From Acidobacteriota bacterium (GTDB lineage: Bacteria; Acidobacteriota; CAIWXX01): DNA of 64,000 bases. Positions 8,454 to 17,108 of the stretch are shown here, in pieces. The stretch spans positions 20,375 to 84,374 of the forward strand of contig JBFMAF010000031.1 of the NCBI GenBank assembly GCA_040755995.1. The letters run 5' to 3'. The position numbers and the translations under genes are program-made. Below the pieces are notes generated by a model, which saw only the letters and a list, made by a program, of their open reading frames with translations, searched no databases and was not told the DNA's origin. The first letter of the stretch is position 1. The number at the start of each line of letters is the position of its first letter.

Positions 8454-9593
8454 TCAGATCCTGCGCATCGCTTCGACGATGGCGAGGCGCGCGGCGCCGC
8501 GCGCCGGCAGGAGGCCGCCGAGCAGTCCGACGACCAGCGAGAGTGCGAGCCCGCTCAGCATTACGCCGGGACCGACGGTGAATCGAACGCTCGCCGTCAT
8601 GACGTTGAGCCGTAGCCCGTCCGCAAGGAAGCCGAGTGCGACGCCGAGTACGCCGCCGGTCAGACTGAGCAGGACCGACTCGGCCAGGAAGGAGAGCAGG
8701 ATGCTGTTCCGGCTGAAGCCGATCGCCCGCAGCGTGCCGATCTCCCGCATCCGGCCTGCCACCGCGGTGTACATCGTGTTCATGCCGCCGAACACCGCCC
8801 CGAGCGTCACGATCCAGGCGATCATGAGTCCGAGCTGGGCGACGATCGCGAATACCCGTCCGGACCCCTGGTAGTACTCCTGCTCCGGCATCGCCGTCAG
8901 CAGGACGCGCCGGTCCCCCTCGAGCGACACAATCACTGCGCCTGCATTGCCCGGGTTGTCGAGCTTAAGGGTGTAGCAGGAGAGCTCGTCGCGCCTGGAT
9001 GCGCGCATCAGGTCCTCGCGGTCGGCCAGCACTCCGAACTCGAGGCTCGATCCCCCTGTCTCGAACAGGCCCGTCACGGTCCACCGCTCCCCGAACATGC
9101 CTACGGACTGACCGATGCCGACTCCGCCCAGCTTGTGCTGCGCGGCCCGTCCCACGAGCACTCGGTTGCCACGCAGCTCGGCCGTGCCCCTCAGGATCTT
9201 GATCGTGTCCTCCACTTCGAAATACACCGGCTCGATCCCCCGCACCACCATGAAGATTTCGTCGCGCTTGCCCGGTGCGGTCACCCACGGTTCGATCGCA
9301 AGCTCCGGCGACACCAGGGTGCGATCGTGCACCTTCTTGAGGTGGGGAGCGTATAGGACCACGTCCCGGCTGCTCCTTGGCAGTGACGAGAGCGACTGCG
9401 AGAACGCCCCCTTCTGCAAGACCACCAGGTTGTCCGGCGATCCGGATGCCGCGAAGCTGGCCGACATACCGCGTCCGAGCGCCACCATGGCGGTGAACAC
9501 CGAAACCACTGCGGCGATCCCCAGGACCGTCAGTGCCGTTCTCGACCTCCGTTGCAGAACGCTCCGGATGTTGTACTTCAACGGTATGTTCAT
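8454..9593 (-). CDS. ABC transporter permease, FtsX/MacB-like (start taken at MNIPLKYNIRSVL)
   Basis: N-terminal RSRTALTVLGIAAVV transmembrane segment, a large periplasmic domain and a C-terminal FtsX 3-TM block (REIGTLRAIGFS). Confidence 0.85.
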   Translation of the reverse strand: MNIPLKYNIRSVLQRRSRTALTVLGIAAVVSVFTAMVALGRGMSASFAASGSPDNLVVLQKGAFSQSLSSLPRSSRDVVLYAPHLKKVHDRTLVSPELAIEPWVTAPGKRDEIFMVVRGIEPVYFEVEDTIKILRGTAELRGNRVLVGRAAQHKLGGVGIGQSVGMFGERWTVTGLFETGGSSLEFGVLADREDLMRASRRDELSCYTLKLDNPGNAGAVIVSLEGDRRVLLTAMPEQEYYQGSGRVFAIVAQLGLMIAWIVTLGAVFGGMNTMYTAVAGRMREIGTLRAIGFSRNSILLSFLAESVLLSLTGGVLGVALGFLADGLRLNVMTASVRFTVGPGVMLSGLALSLVVGLLGGLLPARGAARLAIVEAMRRI

Positions 9594-9609
9594 GTCTTTC
9601 CTCTCCATC

Positions 9610-10737
9610 CTAGTCCAGGGTCCGAAGCGCTTCGACGATCCTCGACCGCGATGCATTGATGCCCGGGACGATCGCCCCGAGCAGTCCGATCAACACGGCG
9701 ATGCCCATGGCGAAGAGCGCCGTGCCTGGCGTCAGGATGACGGGGACGTACCCGCCGAGGCTTCTGCCCGAGGCCAGCAAGGCGGTCGCGAGCGCGATCC
9801 CGATGCCGCCGCCGACGGCGGCGACGAGGACGAACTCGCCGAGCAGGATTTCCAGGATCTGCCGTTTCCGCAGGCCGAGGCTGCGCAGAATGCCGACCTC
9901 GCGCGTGCGCTCGCGCACGGACATCGACACGCTGTTGGCGGCACCGAGGATGCTGACGAGGATCGTGGCGAGCACCATTCCGGACAGCATCGTCCGCACC
10001 TCGACGAAGTCCTTCAGCTCCTCCTCCTTCGCCGCCCGTTCCGACTGCGTCTTGGTCGGCTTCGGGAAGTTGGCGAGCGCCGCGTCGATGGATCGCGACA
10101 CCGGAGCCACTGAGCCCGGGCTCCTGACCTGAACGATCATGTAGGTGCTCTTCCCCTCGTCGCGCTTCACCCGGGCAAGGTAGCTCTTGTGCAGGAGGAG
10201 CCAGCCGTCGCAGGCGGTGTCGTTGCTGCGGAAGATCCCCGCGACAGTGAACGTGAGGCGATCCTCAACGAGCGAGACGATCTGGCCGAGCTTCCAGCCG
10301 TACTGGTGCGCCAGCCGCGCGCCGACGAGCGCGCCGTCATCGCGCGTGACGAACTCGGCCTCGCTCCCCTCCTCGATCCGAACTTCCTTGAGGCTGCGGA
10401 AGCGGTCGAAATCGACGCCGGCAACGATCACGATGTTCTCTTTGCTGCGGTAAGTATAGATGCCCCGCAGAACTCCTGTGGAGCCGACAACTCCGGGAGT
10501 TGCGGCGATGGTGGACAGGTAGGCATCGAAGACGCGGCTGCTGACGGGGCAGGCCACGTCCTTTTCGTAGACGTTCAGCAGTGAGTCTCCGGCCGAGCTC
10601 ACCAGCGCTCCGAACCCGGCCTCCACCGCCCGCAGCGCGGTGATGACGAAGACCGACAGGCTGACGCCGGCGACGGTCAGAAGAGTGCGGCGGCGGTTTC
10701 TCAGAATGCTCTTGATGATCAGGGGCAGGAATCTCAT
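9610..10737 (-). CDS. ABC transporter permease, FtsX/MacB-like
   Basis: MRFLPLIIKSILRNRRRTLLTVAGV start and a C-terminal REVGILRSLGLRKRQIL FtsX motif. It is a paralog of the downstream permease. Confidence 0.85.
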   Translation of the reverse strand: MRFLPLIIKSILRNRRRTLLTVAGVSLSVFVITALRAVEAGFGALVSSAGDSLLNVYEKDVACPVSSRVFDAYLSTIAATPGVVGSTGVLRGIYTYRSKENIVIVAGVDFDRFRSLKEVRIEEGSEAEFVTRDDGALVGARLAHQYGWKLGQIVSLVEDRLTFTVAGIFRSNDTACDGWLLLHKSYLARVKRDEGKSTYMIVQVRSPGSVAPVSRSIDAALANFPKPTKTQSERAAKEEELKDFVEVRTMLSGMVLATILVSILGAANSVSMSVRERTREVGILRSLGLRKRQILEILLGEFVLVAAVGGGIGIALATALLASGRSLGGYVPVILTPGTALFAMGIAVLIGLLGAIVPGINASRSRIVEALRTLD

Positions 10738-11438
10738 TGTGGCCTCCCTTCCGTGTGCGGCTCGTGCAGGAGCTCGCCCTTGTTGAGGCGCACGAGCCGT
10801 TTGGCGCGGGCCGCGGCGCCCGAGTCATGCGTCACCATCAGGATCGTCTTGTGGAATTCGCGGTTCAGCGTATCGAGCAGGTCCAGGATGTTTCCGGCCG
10901 CGGCTGCGTCGAGGTTGCCGGTCGGCTCGTCGGCGATGATCAGCTTCGGGTCGGTGACGAAGGCGCGCGCCACCGCGGTGCGCTGCTCCTCGCCTCCGCT
11001 CAACTGCCGCGGGTAGTGGTGTGCCCGATGCTGGAGCCCGACGACCTCCAGCGCGGCCAGCGCGCGCCGCCGCCGCTCCTCCTTCGCCATCTCGAACAAC
11101 AGCAGCGGCAGCTCGACGTTCTCCACCGCCGTGAGCACCGGCAACAGGTTGTACTGCTGGAACACGAAGCCGACGTTCGCGGTCCGCCAGGCGGCCAGGC
11201 CGTTGTCGTCGAGATCCGCGATGTCGGTGCCGGCGACCACGACGGAGCCCGAGCTGGGACCGTCGATGCCGCCGACTATGTTGAGCAGCGTCGTCTTGCC
11301 CGAGCCCGACGGGCCCATCAGCGAGACGTAGTCGCCCGCGTCGAGCTCGAGATTGATGTTGGTCAGGACGCTGACTTCGTGGTCACCCCGCCGATAGGTC
11401 TTCGATAGCTGCTTCACGCTGAGAAGGTTGTCGCTCAC
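10734..11438 (-). CDS. ABC transporter ATP-binding protein (MacB/LolD type)
   Basis: Walker A GPSGSGKTT, signature LSGGEEQR and Walker B LIIADEPTGNLD. 4-nt overlap with the permease gene. Confidence 0.92.
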   Translation of the reverse strand: MSDNLLSVKQLSKTYRRGDHEVSVLTNINLELDAGDYVSLMGPSGSGKTTLLNIVGGIDGPSSGSVVVAGTDIADLDDNGLAAWRTANVGFVFQQYNLLPVLTAVENVELPLLLFEMAKEERRRRALAALEVVGLQHRAHHYPRQLSGGEEQRTAVARAFVTDPKLIIADEPTGNLDAAAAGNILDLLDTLNREFHKTILMVTHDSGAAARAKRLVRLNKGELLHEPHTEGRPQ

Positions 11439-11489
11439 TTCTTCCTCCTTTCCTTATCCAATCCACGTTCCGTCCGAGGCACGGGCGGA

Positions 11490-12848
11490 TCACCGGGTCT
11501 CGATCCGCGTCCCATCGCCGAGATTCTCCATCCCCGAGATGACCACCAGATCCCCCTCTCCGAGGCCTCTGGTAACTACCACCCTGTCCGGTTCGCGCGC
11601 GCCGATTTCGATGGCGCGGAGCGCGGCGCGCGAGTCCATGACAAGGAAGACGAACGGCCGGCCACCCCGATCGACGATCGCGCTCGCCGGGATCCCAACG
11701 CCGGCCGGCCCTCGGTCCGGCGAGCGCTCCTCCAGAAACGTGAGCTTGACACTCATGTCGTAGGGAAGGATTCGAGCGGATGCTTCGATCGTCGCCTTCA
11801 CCTCGATCGTGTTCTTGTTTCTGTCGGCGCGCGGCGCGATGCGGGTCACCTCGCCGAGGATCACCTCGCCGGGCCAGGCGTTCGGCGACACCTCGACGGA
11901 CTGGTGGAGCCGTACCTTGCCGATGTCGGTCTCGCTGATGTCGGCTGCGACCTCTTGCTTTCCGAGGTCGGCCATCGACACTACGGGCGAGCCGGCGGCC
12001 AGGGTGTCGTATCCCTCGATGTAGGGCACACCGGGCGCGACGAAGTCACCGACGTCGCTGAACTTCCTTAGAACGCGGCCCGTCACCGGGGCGCGGATCG
12101 TCGCGTAGGCCAGACGGTCGCTCGCGGCAGTCCAGCGCGCTTGCGCGGCGGCCAGCGAGGCCTCGGCCATCTCGATCTCCTCTCTTCGCGGCCCGGCCTC
12201 CGCCATGCTGAGCGAATGATGAGCAGCCGCCAGGTCGCTTTCGCTGACATCGAGCTCGGTGCAGGCCTGATCGAACGCCTGAGCCGAAAGAAAGCCCGAC
12301 TCGAAGAGCGCCTTGCTGCGGACCATCTCGCGCTGCGCCCTCTCCTTGGCTGCCATGAGACCCTGCACCCTGGCTCGTGCCACGGCAACCTCCTCCACGC
12401 GGGTCCCGGCTTGCAGCCGGCTGAGACCGGCCTGGGCGAGCGCGACGTTGGCCCGCGCCTCGGCCTCCTCGACCTCGAAGTCGCGGCTGTCGATTTTCGC
12501 GATGACCTCGCCCTGGCCGATCTCGTCTCCTTCGGCGACGCACAGCGAGACGATCCGCCCCTGGACCTTGGGCACGACGTAGACGACCTTCGCGGCTCGC
12601 ACGTAGCCGCCGGCCGTGAGCGTGGGCGCCGAGCCCTGTGCGCCTGCCGGCGCAGTCACCGTGATCACCTCTACCGGCACCGCCCTTGCCGAAACGATGC
12701 GCCACGTCCCGGCAGCCGTCATGACGGCGGCGGCGACCGCGCCGATCACCAGGTGTTTCCAGCGCCGGGCCCGTTTGGGATCGCCCCGTGTCGCGTTCCG
12801 AATGTGCTGGCTCTTGTCGATCCGCAGACCTTCAAGCAGCTCTTTCAT
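11490..12848 (-). CDS. Efflux transporter periplasmic adaptor (HlyD/MacA family); start taken at MKELLEGL, which is preceded by AGGAGGG
   Basis: N-terminal TM, a coiled-coil hairpin region (EEAEARANVALAQAGLSRLQAG...) and a beta-barrel C-terminus. Confidence 0.85.
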   Translation of the reverse strand: MKELLEGLRIDKSQHIRNATRGDPKRARRWKHLVIGAVAAAVMTAAGTWRIVSARAVPVEVITVTAPAGAQGSAPTLTAGGYVRAAKVVYVVPKVQGRIVSLCVAEGDEIGQGEVIAKIDSRDFEVEEAEARANVALAQAGLSRLQAGTRVEEVAVARARVQGLMAAKERAQREMVRSKALFESGFLSAQAFDQACTELDVSESDLAAAHHSLSMAEAGPRREEIEMAEASLAAAQARWTAASDRLAYATIRAPVTGRVLRKFSDVGDFVAPGVPYIEGYDTLAAGSPVVSMADLGKQEVAADISETDIGKVRLHQSVEVSPNAWPGEVILGEVTRIAPRADRNKNTIEVKATIEASARILPYDMSVKLTFLEERSPDRGPAGVGIPASAIVDRGGRPFVFLVMDSRAALRAIEIGAREPDRVVVTRGLGEGDLVVISGMENLGDGTRIETR

Positions 12849-12962
12849 CGCGTCCCTCCTGTGCTGCAACGTCTCGGCGGCCGCGCGGGCCTGCTGTGCC
12901 GGGCGCCGGGCGAGAAGAAATACTGGTCGATGTGTTTAGACATATTTACCTCTCCGAAACAC

Positions 12963-12982
12963 AAAAAAACGCTGCGGCAGCG
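12963..12982 (-). terminator. Weak intrinsic terminator after arsR
   Basis: Minus strand reads CGCTG-CCG-CAGCG followed by TTTTTTT. The stem is only 5 bp. Confidence 0.35.
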
Positions 12983-13012
12983 CCCTGGTGACAACGCTGT
13001 GGAGGCGGCTGT

Positions 13013-13378
13013 TCACTTGTCACTCCGGTGCTGACAACAGTTCTCGATGGCGTCGGCGACCGCCCGCAGCGTGTCCACGATGCAGTTCCGGCAGATGGAA
13101 TAGTAGACCTCCTGACCTTCCTTTTCGGTCTGCACCAGGCCGCCGGTCTTGAGCACCTTCAGGTGATGCGAGATGGCCGGCCGGCTGATGCTGAACTGAT
13201 CGGCGATGTCGCCGACGCACATCCGCCTCGCCCTGGCGAGCATGGCGACGATCTTGAGGCGCGTCGGCTCGATCAGCGCCAGCACGGTTTCCATCGCCTT
13301 CTGGTCGATAGGCGACGCGCAGGCGAGCTTATTTGCGGGTCTAGTCTCAGTTGTCATTTGGTAAATCCGTTCATACAT
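13013..13378 (-). CDS. ArsR/SmtB family transcriptional regulator
   Basis: RLKIVAMLARA..MCVGDIADQFSISRPAISHHLKVLKTGGLV is the winged-HTH signature of ArsR. Confidence 0.85.
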   Translation of the reverse strand: MYERIYQMTTETRPANKLACASPIDQKAMETVLALIEPTRLKIVAMLARARRMCVGDIADQFSISRPAISHHLKVLKTGGLVQTEKEGQEVYYSICRNCIVDTLRAVADAIENCCQHRSDK

Positions 13379-13383
13379 ATTTA

Positions 13384-13442
13384 ATTATAGTACCGGTACC
13401 TCCGGTTGTCAAGTACCTTGGCACACAAGCACACAAGTGTGC
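13384..13442 (-). promoter_or_regulatory. arsR upstream region with candidate operators and a -10 box
   Basis: Contains minus-strand TATAAT (13389-13384) only 5 nt before ATG 13378, the perfect palindrome GTACCGGTAC (13390-13399), the octamer CACACAAG x2 (13422-13437) and the 6-2-6 inverted repeat GCACAC-AA-GTGTGC (13429-13442). Confidence 0.3.
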
Positions 13443-13576
13443 GTAGCAGATCTGGGGGCGGCGGGACCCCCACCCACGCCAGAGGAGGTGACTCAGGCAT
13501 ACAACAGCAGGAACCAGAGCACAGACAACTTGGCACCAGAATCAACACGAGGATGGGACCCTTCCGGAGTCGCCCA

Positions 13577-13648
13577 GGTGGCTCAGTATCACCCGACACT
13601 GGATGGCTCACCATACCCGACTCCGGGTGGCTCAATTAGCCCGACTCT
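13577..13648. repeat. Three head-to-tail 24-bp direct repeats
   Basis: GGTGGCTCAGTATCACCCGACACT / GGATGGCTCACCATACCCGACTCC / GGGTGGCTCAATTAGCCCGACTCT. The conserved core is TGGCTCA..N7..CCCGAC. Confidence 0.8.
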
Positions 13649-13695
13649 TGACACCGCAGAAGTCAGAGGGGCTTTGCGATGTAGCTAGTTCGTCG

Positions 13696-14034
13696 TCAAG
13701 GTTGCGAGGGGGGGTTGATACTCTGGTCTTCCTGTGCGGCATCTTGGGTCGGGTCCATGACTGCCCCAATGATCATGAGTGCGCCGGTAAGTCGGTCACG
13801 AATCGTGAACAGGAACGGCCTGTCCAGTTTCAGATGGAAGCGCTCTTCTCCTGTCATCATGCCTCCGTAAACTATCCCGACCAGCGTTTCTGCATTTGCC
13901 AAGATGCCGGCTTCCGTCACCCGGATGTCGACAATCTGGGCCATGTCCGTCAGCCGGGAGCGAGGGATCCGGATCATGCACACGAGATCCCGAAACATCT
14001 CCCGCATGTTCATTTCCTCGAGCTGCCTCCGCAA
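13696..14034 (-). pseudogene. Serpin C-terminal fragment (about the last 100 residues; N-terminal roughly 280 aa absent)
   Basis: VTEAGILANAET (hinge/RCL-like) ... FHLKLDRPFLFTIRDRLTGALMIIGAVMDP matches the serpin C-terminal signature (F.ADRPFLF.IRD..TG.ILF.GRV.NP). No serpin-like sequence appears in any frame upstream. Confidence 0.5.
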
Positions 14035-14116
14035 GTCCTAGCAATCAACCTGGGCGTCGTCGCGATCGCCCTCCTCCTTCCGGGATACCTTGGGCATGGA
14101 TCGAACCCTTTGTCGG

Positions 14117-14742
14117 ATGAGGTGAAACTCGGGTTGGTCGGGCAGTACGTTGTCACGGCCGCTGTTACCTGGGGCATAGTGGCCTTCATCAACGGTAGCC
14201 GAGCCGAGCCACTCAACGCGGGCCGGGCGATGATGCTGACGAGCACCCTGCTTGTCGTCGTCAATACAGCGATCCTCATGATAATGAATGTCCACAGGTT
14301 TCTCTCGCCGGAGGCCTGGGGCGGGGTCGTGGTTGACGTTTCCGTCGGCGGCTGGCTGGTGACGGCCATCGGGTGGCGCCGGTCGCATGAGTTTCAGAAG
14401 TCCCGCGCCGAAGAGACGGGGATCGGGTCCGCCTAGCCTGGCGTTGGGCGGTATCTTCGGTGCACAGAACCTCTGAAACAGTATGAATTCGACCCTCGCC
14501 AGTTCTCCGTCGAGACACTCAAGTTCGACATCACCTGGATCGCTTGGTACGAAGTCCACTTCTGGCTGAACGAGGACGAGTATCAGCTCTTCGGGAATGA
14601 TCGGCCGGCTTTCGCAAGCCTCGCTGAACACTGCGCCGCGGACAAAGGACAGCTGTTCAATCGCGACAAGATAGTCCGGAACAACGGCCCTGGTGGCACT
14701 TCCATCCGGCCTAACCAACCGATCCCCATCTCGGCGATGTGA
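14117..14742 (+). pseudogene. Membrane-plus-soluble ORF interrupted by an in-frame TAG at 14434-14436
   Basis: In one frame, a hydrophobic segment (GQYVVTAAVTWGIVAFI...LLVVVNTAILMIM...WLVTAIGW) ends at TAG. The frame then continues as PGVGRYLRCTEPLKQYEFDPRQFSVETLKFDITWIAWYEVHFWLNEDEYQLFGNDRPAFASLAEHCAADKGQLFNRDKIV... to TGA 14740-42. Third-codon-position GC is higher in this frame than in the antisense 313-aa ORF. The start is uncertain. Confidence 0.3.
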
Positions 14743-14969
14743 TGCTCCGGGCCCTACGCCGTCGTTGCAGAAGCCGGAAGAAGGCACAGAAGACCCGTAC
14801 GTAACGCAGACCCTCACAGCCTTGCGGGCAAACACATTGACACGGGGTTTCATGCTGCATACCATCCTGACGGAAGGACAACAAGCCGCGTCTATCCGGA
14901 ACCAGGATAGACACCGGCTGGGCTTGAATTGAACCAAACCATGCGGCCTCCCGTTAGGCGGAAGACGAC

Positions 14970-15698
14970 ATGTGGCCATTTCGACGAAAGCACCCGGAAC
15001 CAGACACGGGGCTGATCGGACAGTGGCGCCTCGATAAGCGCGATTCCGCTGCCTTGGCCAACTACGGTGATCACGCGATGACCTTCACCTCACACGGGGA
15101 GCTGGTCTACATGACCATAGCCGACCCAGAGATCAGCGGCCGCGTGCTTCTTGTCTATAGCGTAGAAGGATCGCTGCTGATCACCGATCAGCCAAGCGAT
15201 CCCCGACAAGAGCGAACAGTCTACCGCATTCACGGCGACAGGCTGCTTCTTGGCGAACCGCCAGTCATACTGGTTCGAGATCACGCCGAGTCGTCCGATC
15301 CCCTTGCGGGCGCCCTGGCGCTCGGCACCGCGGCGATCGAGCACGGGCTCGGTTCTGCGCATCCCGATTCGGCCTTCGTCCCCTTCCTAATGACGCAGAC
15401 TGCCTCGGGGCGCCAATTGTACCGGTTCGTTACGGATACCGCCGAGGAGGCCAACAAGGCGGCCCATGCACGATTCCGCGAGCTTCGCAGGGAGATCGAG
15501 GTTTCGGCATGGGTGTATGACGGCTACCTCACCGTTGGCCAGGACAAGTTTGACGCGGTACTCGCCGAACTGAGCTCCCGGCGCTCACCAACCGGGCTTC
15601 TTCTCGCACAGCCCTACGCGATCGAGAAGTTCCCCGCCAAACGTGTTGCTCCGTTGCAAACGCGGGAGTGGGATTCGTGGTTTACTTCCGCCTGCTAG
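14970..15698 (+). CDS. Hypothetical protein (242 aa, soluble)
   Basis: Clean ORF with ordinary amino-acid composition. No motif was recognised. Confidence 0.5.
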   Translation: MWPFRRKHPEPDTGLIGQWRLDKRDSAALANYGDHAMTFTSHGELVYMTIADPEISGRVLLVYSVEGSLLITDQPSDPRQERTVYRIHGDRLLLGEPPVILVRDHAESSDPLAGALALGTAAIEHGLGSAHPDSAFVPFLMTQTASGRQLYRFVTDTAEEANKAAHARFRELRREIEVSAWVYDGYLTVGQDKFDAVLAELSSRRSPTGLLLAQPYAIEKFPAKRVAPLQTREWDSWFTSAC

Positions 15699-15705
15699 CC
15701 ATCCC

Positions 15706-16467
15706 ATGTCTGCATTGGCAACTTTCGCAGCAGTAGTCGTTTCAGCCGCGGCAGTTGCGCTCGTGGTAGTGCTAGTGCGCTTCAATCAGAAGCGCCTATA
15801 TATTGCACGATGCGCCGCTGCCGCTGCGCACGAGCAGCTTGAGCGTATCTACTGTCTTGTCGACCAAACTGGGACTACGACGTCGAACGGCTATGTCCTA
15901 GCTCGTACGAACAAGAGAGTGGACAACACAGCTTGCCTCATACCGATCCCCACGGGACTGCCCGACTTTCCATGGGCTGGGAGGGTAGTTGAGGTCAAGG
16001 TAGCCGAGACAGTAGAGTTCCGGTTCGTCAAGTCCGTGGCAGCCGAGCCCTGGCTGCTGGGTCGCGCGTATCGCCCTGTGCGCGTCGCCCGGCACCAGAC
16101 AAAGAACCGCGCCGAGGCTCGAAATACGTTCTCGCCAAGGTGGTACGTGGCCAACAGCAAGGAGTTGTTGGAGGCTCTATGGGCCGTGTGTCCGAAATAC
16201 CCGACCGAACTACTCTCCTACCTGTTGTGCGTCGGCGGGTTGAGCTTCGAATTCGAACCGATCGACCAAGGCCGGATCGGCACCAGTCCGGCCTGGGTTC
16301 AGGATCCCGAGCACCAAACCTGCGACAAGTGCAAGAAGCGGATGTATCTAGTGTTGCAGTTGCCTGGAACGGTGATCAGCAAGAAGGCGTTTCACAGGGG
16401 TACGTTTTTCTTCTTCGGCTGTCGTGCACACCCGAATGAAACCAAGACTCTTGCGCAGTTCACCTGA
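15706..16467 (+). CDS. Hypothetical membrane-anchored protein with a DUF1963 (YwqG)-like C-terminus
   Basis: Start taken at MSALATFAAVVVSAAAVALVVVLV (TM). The C-terminus SPAWVQDPEHQTCDKCKKRMYLVLQLPG...FFFFGCRAHP resembles the YwqG/DUF1963 end motif. Confidence 0.5.
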   Translation: MSALATFAAVVVSAAAVALVVVLVRFNQKRLYIARCAAAAAHEQLERIYCLVDQTGTTTSNGYVLARTNKRVDNTACLIPIPTGLPDFPWAGRVVEVKVAETVEFRFVKSVAAEPWLLGRAYRPVRVARHQTKNRAEARNTFSPRWYVANSKELLEALWAVCPKYPTELLSYLLCVGGLSFEFEPIDQGRIGTSPAWVQDPEHQTCDKCKKRMYLVLQLPGTVISKKAFHRGTFFFFGCRAHPNETKTLAQFT

Positions 16468-16654
16468 AGACGTCTATCCTTTGAGTCGAGCCGGGTCTCG
16501 CGCCCCAGAGCCCCAACCGACCGATCGTAGCGACGATTCCGTGCTGAGATCGGGCTGGAGGCGAGGCTCGCCTTCCAGCCTCAGCTAGAGGAATACTACC
16601 ATCGTAGTAGGAAGCCACCACTGAAACCAAGCCAGGCCACCAACCGGGGTATGC

Positions 16655-16790
16655 TCATACTCCCCTTAGTGGCCTGTGGAAGCGCTCTTCATAGGCCCGT
16701 TTGATCTTGTCGAAGTGATGATAGAGGACGGCGAAGAAAACAGCCTTCCCGGGATGGCGCGGCCTGTAAGGCGCTGGCTTCGCAGATGAG
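16655..16790 (-). mobile_element. Remnant of an IS91-family (Y2/HUH rolling-circle) transposase N-terminus
   Basis: PAPYRPRHPGKAVFFAVLYHHFDKIKRAYEERFHRPLRGV-stop resembles the conserved IS91-type N-terminus (YRPR.P....Y..V..H...F...Y.ERF...YG.LR). The zinc-binding and catalytic parts are absent downstream. Confidence 0.4.
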
Positions 16791-17050
16791 GATTGTAAAG
16801 CGTCCACAGTCCATACATGGACGCAGTGTTGGGGCCACCCGCGCTTGGTGCCTATCGTCTGCAAATCGCAGGACAGCGCGTGTAACCGGACTGTCATCCC
16901 TTTCGCCTAGATACCGAATTGCTGTTGGGCGGAGTTCCTTCTCCCCTATACTGGGCTCGTGCCCGTACCCGTCCCGCACCCAGCGCCAACTCCCGGAAGG
17001 CGAACGCGGACGATCTGCTGGAGACGCCACAAAGGCACCCAAGGCAAGAT

Positions 17051-17108
17051 GAAAAACGAAAAACGCAGAAGGACTCGACTCTTGGATCCGGCATTTCGCA
17101 CTTCGCAC
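17051..17108. repeat. Two heptamer tandem arrays (GAAAAAC x2 + GCAGAAG; TTCGCAC x2)
   Basis: GAAAAACGAAAAACGCAGAAG (17051-17071) and TTCGCACTTCGCAC (17095-17108). The second array ends 4 nt before the -35 box. Confidence 0.7.

Noticed and set aside
13603-14116. N-terminal half of the 277-aa plus-strand ORF 13603..14436
   Set aside because: It overlaps the serpin-like fragment on the opposite strand and the 24-bp repeats, and its translation is not protein-like. Only the hydrophobic part from about 14117 was kept, at low confidence.
14038-14979. 313-aa minus-strand ORF spanning the island
   Set aside because: In 14437-14742 its third codon positions coincide with first positions of the plus-strand frame and have lower GC than the plus-frame third positions. 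It carries no motif, and its 3' half overlaps a hydrophobic plus-strand ORF. It cannot be fully excluded without homology searches.
5521-16972. Shared 11-mers between repeat loci (CCCGTACCCGT at 5521 and 16962; CCGCTTCTCCG at 20737 and 61283) as proof of a common mobile element
   Set aside because: In 64 kb, hundreds of chance 11-mer coincidences are expected (N^2/2 divided by 4^11). Even restricted to intergenic DNA a few are expected, so the exact matches are not significant on their own. Only the shared periodic unit structure is reported.
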